In this document: positions 24,661-32,030 of the stretch, one piece after another
Numbering within the stretch: the first letter of the stretch is position 1
How the letters are laid out: each line of letters starts with the position of its first letter
NCBI GenBank assembly: GCA_001642005.1
Contig: LWCA01000329.1
Location: 1-32,030 of the forward strand
Direction: 5' to 3'
Source: Intoshia linei
Taxonomy: Eukaryota; Animalia; Orthonectida
DNA length: 32,030 bases
The notes under the pieces: model-generated
Database searches by the model: none
Seen by the model: only the letters and a program-made list of their open reading frames with translations
Told to the model about the DNA's origin: nothing
Position numbers and translations under genes: made by a program

Positions 24661-25681
24661 AAGGTGCACAACATTTCCATCAATTCAGCCACAATGCTAC
24701 TTTTATCATTGATACTATGGCCGCACAAATTTTACTTCGACATTGAGAAAGTTTACTCTGGATCTAAATTTTAGGTCTAATAAAATAGTTTTTTTGAAAT
24801 TTTAATTTTAATGAGCCAGTTTTAATTAATAATTTTTAATTAAAATTAATCCTTAATTTACTCATATAAATTAACACTATATTTGTCATTTAACTGAATC
24901 GGAATAAATAGCAATAGTAGGATTAATGCAGTGCGTCTCATGGGGGTGACTGGTCACCCCAAGGTGTGAATACGAAAATTTAGATGATTGTAGCCTAATC
25001 TACAATTTTCAACATATTTCATAAAATCATCCAATTTAATATAATTTTATGAGAAAAAATCAAAATTTTACTAATCCTTAAGGAAGAAATCCCTTTTTAC
25101 CAATATTTTTTTAAAAATCCATTTTGACCAAAGTTTTAGAATAAAAAGTACCATATCTGATTACAAAAAAAAAACAAAATTTTACCAACCCTTGAGGAAA
25201 AAAATCGCTTTTATCAATATTTTTATGAAAAATGCCATTTTACCAAATTTTTAGATCAATAATTCTTCTGACTTAAATTTATAAGAAAAAACCTGATTTA
25301 AAAAAAATTTGAAGAATCTTTTTTTACTAATAATTTTTTGAAAAAGCATTAATCATTAATTTTTCGGTAAATAATTAATAATAATTGGACAACAGAAAAA
25401 AGTTTCATTAAAAGCCGATTTGTTCATATATTAGAGTTGAAGACATAAAAAAATATGTAAATATTATTAATGAAAAAAAAGATATCAGTGACTGCCTTGA
25501 TTTTGTGTGCCCTTCGCTAACATTTGAGAAACTGGTGAAAAGTCAAGAATGTAACTTTATGATTAAAATATTTTAAATAGACTTTGAATAAAATCTCCTT
25601 TTTACTTTTCAATTTGAAGTAAAATGATATATTGCACAATGATCAGATGTATTGTCCACGGCCGAACATTGTGCACCCCTG
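24661..25681 (-). mobile_element. Second, inverted copy of the 1-kb hAT element at 9847-10874
   Basis: Colinear reverse-complement similarity over the whole length. Right end TGTGCACCCCTG intact, left TIR eroded (AAGGTGCACA), no recognisable TSD. Confidence 0.9.
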
Positions 25682-25982
25682 ATATATTCACAATATAACC
25701 ACATTTGTTTTGTTCACGTAATTTTTGACGGCCAGCAACACCGTTTCAAATAAATTATCACAAAAGATACGCTTAGCGTATTACGCTATGACCGTTTAAA
25801 TGAAGATAATTAATTTATGCCTTTTCGGGTTCATTTCATTTTTTTCCAAGTGGATTTATCAAGATAATACTACTACACATTACTACTACGTATATTTATA
25901 TTAAAGTAAATATTATGAACATATTTAAAAATAATCGATGTTTAGTTGTTTTTTAATTTTATTGAAATTAACAAGTCAGTTG

Positions 25983-26580
25983 TAGTGATTGTACCGGGGA
26001 AAAAACCGGAACAAAATGACAGGGATTTTTACAATTTCCCGGGATTTCCCAAAAAAAATTAAGAGACTGAATTTAATTTATGTTTGTTATTACTATGAAA
26101 ATATGATTATATTATAATATTTAAAATATACCATTTCAAAAATTCTACCACTAATAAAATTTAATAAAAAATACCATTTCAAGCCCTCATGGATAAATTG
26201 ATTTACACAGATATTATTTTCAAAAATCCAATTTTACGAAATCTTATGAAAAAAATCCACTTCATCAAACCACAAATCAAAAATCTAATTTTCCAGCCCT
26301 TAATGAAAAAATATCTTTTTTCCAATACTTTTTTAAAAACCTCTTATTCCAACCACAAATTACTAACGCTTGAGGGAATTATCCTCTTTTTCCAATATTA
26401 TTTTGAAAAATATTATGAGTTATTACGAACTGGAACACTATTATCAAAATTATTAAAATTAAAGGAAACCCTTATGACCGTTCAACCTACGTCCACACAA
26501 AATGAAAGAATTTTCTCTACTGCTTCTAAAATTAATTAAGGTTAAAAATTTTTTATTTCCCAGAAAATCCACAATCACTA
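25983..26580 (+). mobile_element. Internally deleted hAT element carrying a transposase C-terminal dimerisation-domain remnant
   Basis: Perfect 10-bp TIR TAGTGATTGT / ACAATCACTA, CCCGGGA-type subterminal repeats, flanks GTCAGTTG and ATCAGATA (5 of 8). Translation LKETLMTVQPTSTQNERIFSTAS (~26458-26527) is the hAT P-x-S-x-x-x-E-R-x-F-S motif. Contains ~30-bp-unit repeats at 26190-26400. Confidence 0.85.
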
Positions 26581-26934
26581 ATCAGATATGTGTGGTGATT
26601 AAAAGTTTTTTTGTAGAAATATTTTTGTAATCTTTCTATACGAAAACCATTACATTTCTCCCACAAACAAAAACGTAATTAAATATTTCTTAAGTGTATA
26701 ATAGTTAATTTCAGCGGTGTAGTTATACACTTACATTGTATTACATTATTATTGTTTCTTATATAATCTTATTTATTAAAATTATTATTAATTAATTCAA
26801 ACAGTTCGTTTTTTGTATGGCCCGGCTGATAATTTTTTTCACATTTGGCCCGCCAAGCAAATTGAGTCTGGCACACCTGGTATAAATTGAAATTGGTGAT
26901 TACCGGAACGTAGTTGAAAATTACTCGAATGAAG

Positions 26935-27420
26935 TTAAACTTGACTTGTTTGAAGTCTAAACCCTGTATACTTAGTACAAACAACAGCTAGTTCTGCGAG
27001 GCCGACTTTTTAGTTTATTAAACAATAAATGATCCTTAAAAAATCACATTACATTTAAAACCCTAAAAAAATTGCCATAAAAAACATAATTAAAAAAATA
27101 AAATTATAAAACACTCTACCTATTTTAAAAAGTTCTTTTTTGACCATGAAGGTATCACTTTATCATTATGTTGTTGAAATTTTTTGTGTCTGTTAACTGG
27201 ATATAACTTTTTTTAATTTCTGGGCTGAGTTTATTTATGAACTTATGAAAAAATTGCAAATTAAGTTTTCGATCATGAAGGACTCAATTTCGGAAAATGA
27301 AACAAGTATAAAAACTATTAGAAATTGGTGTTTTTTGTAAATTCTACGATTGTTCATTTTTTAAATAAACGCCTACATTCAATTATAATAAAATTGAAAA
27401 CACTGTTAAAAAGTAAATAA
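26935..27420 (-). mobile_element. Decayed copy of the Helitron family; boundaries approximate
   Basis: Reverse complement aaaaagtcggcctcgcagaactagctgttgtttgtactaagta matches 21304-21350; gaagggactcaatttcggaaa at ~27277 matches the reverse complement of ~21050-21070. Confidence 0.55.
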
Positions 27421-27475
27421 TAAAATATGAATTATGTATTTATTAATCATAATCGTTATGGTAAACAATATTCTT

Positions 27476-27783
27476 TTTTACTTGTTGTCAAGGAGTTGCG
27501 TGTAAATTTCCCTAGATCACTACTATTATTCGTAGTTGCTATGATTACCTAACAGTTACCTATAGTAGATAAGTAGGTTACATAACAAGCGTTCCAAGTT
27601 GGAACTTTCAACACAATGTTGAGTTCTTGTACAGCTTAATTGTATTTTCGAAAACGAATGTGTTGCAAATACAATATGGATCTATGAACTCAATTTTTAA
27701 ACGGGTATAAACAAATTAGATTCTAACGCACGGCAACACACAGTACAATAAAACATACGTTTCTCTGACCTTGACAAGTAAAA
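27476..27783. mobile_element. Possible MITE with imperfect TIR
   Basis: TTTTACTTG(TTG)TCAAGG at ~27476-27493 and CCTTGACAAGTAAAA at ~27769-27783. No second copy in the window and no clear TSD. Confidence 0.35.
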
Positions 27784-28290
27784 TCTTTATTACAGATGAA
27801 ATAAATAATAACAATCATTTTAATAGAAATGAAACGCATATCTTAGATACTCTTCAATTACTATATTTGAAAGATTTAGTTCATTATCTTGCTTAAATCA
27901 AAATAAAGCTTATAAATTGTAAAATGTTCATAATACTATAATATTTACAAAATAATGTTAACTGATGGATTATGCATAAATAATTTACATGTTTAATATT
28001 TTATTTATATACATGTGTTGGCAAGTGCTAAATATTTTTTTCTGCAAATTTAGTAACAGGGATTATACATAGTACAAATTGTGACTAGTAAATTTTTTCA
28101 CAATCAAATATGAAATAAGTCTGGATTATAAAGAAATAAATATAATAAACTGGTACGATATTGATTTAGTTAACATAACAACCTTATACTAGCGCCTAAT
28201 TTTACGTTATTTTCATTTCTTCGTATAAGCAGTTTTGTGCATTTCAAAAATTACCAGTCATTTAAATTTTAAATATTAGCTAAAATAATC

Positions 28291-28967
<677 letters not shown>

Positions 28968-29028
28968 TTTTATTGTTTGTAGTATGTATTTTAATTAAAA
29001 TTATCAAAAATATTTCGTATTCGTTTAA

Positions 29029-30806
29029 ATGTCCCACAGTCATATTCCGAGTACGTTTATATCCAACACGGCTAATGGGATCGGTAGTTACATTTGTCAA
29101 TTAAAAAGATTAACATTAATTATGTGCAAATCACATGGATCTAGTCGTGGAATAAGGTTTGATTATTTCAAATAAAAGTCACTTGTTAGAGAATTTATAG
29201 AGAAAGATTTAATTCAATTTACCAAATTAAATCCTGGAATTGCAGTTTATATTCAAATTGGACGGCATCAACCGCCTAAAATAATTGGAGAATTTCGTAT
29301 GCTTTATTTTTAATATTTTGTGCTGTTTGAATTTGACTTGTTTTCAGATTAATCACCGATTATTGCAGCATTCAAGATTTCTGAGATAAATTCCATTTTT
29401 TTCCAGTGATTTGATTATTAGCTGGTTACTTAAGATTATTATAATAGTGAAAAGTATATAATGTAAAATTACGAAGATTCAAAAGGCAGCCTAGGGCCTA
29501 TCACATTTAATTGTTGGCGGTTAAAATTAATTAAATAGATGATAGTCATGCCATTGACCAATAAATCAATCAACTGTATAATTTTACAACGGTGCGCCGT
29601 TTATCTCAGTAGTGTCTCATCTCGCAGCTGTTACAATAAAAATATGAAACAACCTCATCACTTAATGCTTAGGAATCACCATTTAGATAAGTTATCATCT
29701 TCAATTATAAATTTATATTGAAATGCTCTTTTACGGGTAATGGGTCAAATTTTTTAAAATTACGGATATCCCGATAATTGTGGTTAATCAATACTATAAA
29801 TTAACTGCAATATTGTCGTCAAGGAACCATACAAAATTTATTGATCATGTATTGAAACCTAATCAGCAATGCAGATTTCTCATGGTTAAATAAAGCGATA
29901 TATTATGTTTCAAAATATACAATTTCCTTCACAAATCTGAACCAGTTGAATACCTATAAAATGTAACCCCATTAATCAACGGTTAATTTAATTTTCTGTA
30001 GCAAATGTTAATCTGTATAGTTTTATAAGATGGATGTATTGATTTATACTTTGATTTTTACCATCAGTTGTATGATATGTGGGATAGTATCATGTTTACA
30101 AAATTATTATTATTTTTATTTGACACACTCGCTCATTCTCAAAAGATCCATTACTAAATCAATGTAAATATTTTTCTACAAAACGTACAATATAAATATT
30201 TGACACTACTTTTTCTCTTACTTTCTCTACTTACTTAAGTTTTTCATTTACGTTATATATAATCAGAATTCATAGGTATTTATATGTGTTTGAATCGAAA
30301 ATAATGCATTGTAGAGGGACATGTTAATTATCGCTATACCATTAATATGTATTAACCAAATCCACTCATATACAAGGGTCTCTGTAACCATGTTTAAAAC
30401 GCCTATCGTCATCCATACTTCCATTCTTAACGAGGGGACTCTTTTCTAGTAGATTTTTCGTATACATTGTGTATAGTTTAAAAGAGCCCGTTAAAATATG
30501 TACAATGTGCCTTGATTTAACTACCGTCCACTATACTATTTATTTTTAGTTAATGGAAACAAGCAAAAAATTGACATAGCCAATCATGATTCGGAGGAAA
30601 TTAAAAAATTAACCAATTTTATGAGAACAAGGTCTGGCGACAAAATTGTTAGACTTCGTAAATTTACTAAAACTAATACACCCTCATTCCAAGGAATTTG
30701 GACTCCTTTTACGAACAAGAAATTTTTCCAAGAAAATTCCAAAACAATGTATTGTAATGAAACAAATATGAATGAATTTACACGGAGAATGTTAAATAAA
30801 ATTTAA
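29029..30806 (+). CDS. MRPL43: Mitochondrial ribosomal protein mL43; join(29029..29156,29190..29296,30550..30806), 163 aa
   Basis: [30 protein letters not shown]...F.KLNPG.AVY......PP.I.GEFLNG...RTRSG..IVRLRK...[16 protein letters not shown] matches the mL43 family. Introns of 33 bp and 1253 bp are GT-AG and keep the frame. Confidence 0.93.
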
Positions 30807-31867
30807 TTAAATTTTTTTTCTATTGACAAATCAGATTTCATTGAAATTTTAGCATTTTTAACAGTATCGATTTCCATTGATTCAAAAAGATATTCATCTT
30901 GTAATTTATATTCAAAGTTTATACCATTTTTCGGGACTAAATTACATTAAGATTATCATTATCTTTTATTACAATCAGATTTATAAATTCGTTCACTTTT
31001 TCCATAAGGGTATTTAATATTTATACAATTAACATTTGTGTGACCTCCAGGTATTTTATCTAGTATTTTGGTAAAGGCTTTAATATTTTGTATTTTCTGT
31101 GCAATTGAGTGGGATTTCATAGCAATTGGAACAGAACTAAACATAAATATAACATTGCGATTCATATCCATACAAAGAAACTCCTCGTGCGGAGATGTTG
31201 AAAACTGTTCGGCTAAGATGTTGGGTGAATGTACTTGAAAGAGCGACAGGAATAAGCTGCCTGTTAAATATTACTGTAATTTAAATAAATAAACCCTTAC
31301 TCAATATATATTCATCACAGAATGTTTGGTAATTTTTAAAATACTAAATAAAATAACCTATGTCCAGTAGCAAAATATTTGCCAATGTATTGATAAATTT
31401 CATTTCCCAAGTATCGGTCAACAAAATATAAATCATATGAATTTGCTAATTTTCTTCTTAATTCATAGGTTTTATATTCTCTGTACAGTTGATCTGAAGT
31501 AATAAAAGTAAAATTTCCTTTGATCTTATCTTTTTTTAAAATTATTTTTAATTTGGATATTAGTTCAGAAGAATAATTTTTGTTTTTTCTATCTTTTTTA
31601 CTGCTAATAAATATGCATACATCTGTATTTTCTGTGTACAATTCGTTTGTAAGTTTTCTAAAATGTAGTTGTATTAATTATTATTGTTTAATTTAATTAA
31701 GTATTAACAATGAAAATCGTAAAATATGCTTACAATGACATTTTACTCGCATTGTTAGGTATTTTGAACATAGCCACCTCAACGAATAAGGGACAATTAC
31801 AATCTATCAATTTTTTCTTTTCTTCATTGAAACTTTCTTTCTCCAACTTAATAAGTCCAAATTTTAT
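30803..31867 (-). CDS. RSL1D1: Ribosomal L1 domain-containing protein 1 (Utp30/Cic1-like), 5' end unresolved; complement(join(30803..30936,30973..31136,31174..31260,31358..31657,31734..31867))
   Basis: TDVCIFI...QLYREYKTYELRRKLANSYDLYFVDRYL...YIGKYF...RQLIPV...NIKA....LDKIPGGHTNV.CINIK, typical of the RSL1D1 L1p/L10e domain. All joins are GT-AG and in frame. The start codon is probably at or beyond the window end. Confidence 0.85.
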
Positions 31868-32030
31868 CTAAATATTACATAATATAAATACATAATTAAG
31901 CCATATTTTTAATGTTTTATTCTTATTGTTGTTTTATTTATAAAAATCAAGGATTCTAACAATATGTGCTTTAAACATAATAATCTTACTTTTAAAGGTT
32001 TGTATTTGAATTTTCCTTAGGATAAAAAAT

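Noticed and set aside
4095-26400. ~30-bp repeats as a CRISPR array or telomeric repeat
   Set aside because: Eukaryotic context, degenerate abutting units without unique spacers, no cas genes, and no regular TTAGGG-type periodicity.
26189-26539. 116-aa ORF as a functional or domesticated transposase
   Set aside because: Its first two thirds translate the ~30-bp repeat. Only a short dimerisation-motif remnant is present and there is no catalytic domain.
26818-26880. hAT/Charlie-like right end (TGGCCCG...GGCACACCTG); a similar orphan end GGAACCACT occurs at ~4852-4860
   Set aside because: No matching left TIR or TSD could be placed, so it was not called as an element.
29740-29790. KNYGYP-like translation resembling the Penelope reverse-transcriptase C-terminal NGYP motif
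   Set aside because: Too short, with no supporting RT or GIY-YIG motifs readable nearby.
31261-31357. C-box-like GTGATGA on the minus strand in a 97-bp RSL1D1 intron, as a possible snoRNA
   Set aside because: No CTGA D box or terminal stem found.

Overview
AT-rich eukaryotic (metazoan) genomic DNA with very small spliceosomal introns (mostly 31-44 bp) and tightly packed genes. This style suggests a reduced parasite genome such as an orthonectid or dicyemid, which is inference only. I reconstructed seven spliced housekeeping genes by hand: CLASP (+), dynactin p150Glued/DCTN1 (-), YKT6 (+), a Trr-like KMT2C/D H3K4 methyltransferase (-), a divergent histone H3.3 (+), MRPL43 (+) and RSL1D1 (-, 5' end unresolved). 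The large introns and the 22.8-28.2 kb spacer are filled with non-autonomous transposons: hAT MITEs (one with a perfect 8-bp TSD), a piggyBac-like MITE, nested Helitrons and a foldback-like family built from ~30-bp units. A dead Ty3/Gypsy integrase lies at the left edge. Most notable: MRPL43 and RSL1D1 stop codons overlap in one TTAA; H3.3 and MRPL43 are co-oriented only 61 bp apart (operon-like); YKT6 has Lys in place of the zero-layer Arg; the KMT2C/D gene appears to lack its N-terminal PHD/HMG half; and H3.3 carries six substitutions including A29V.
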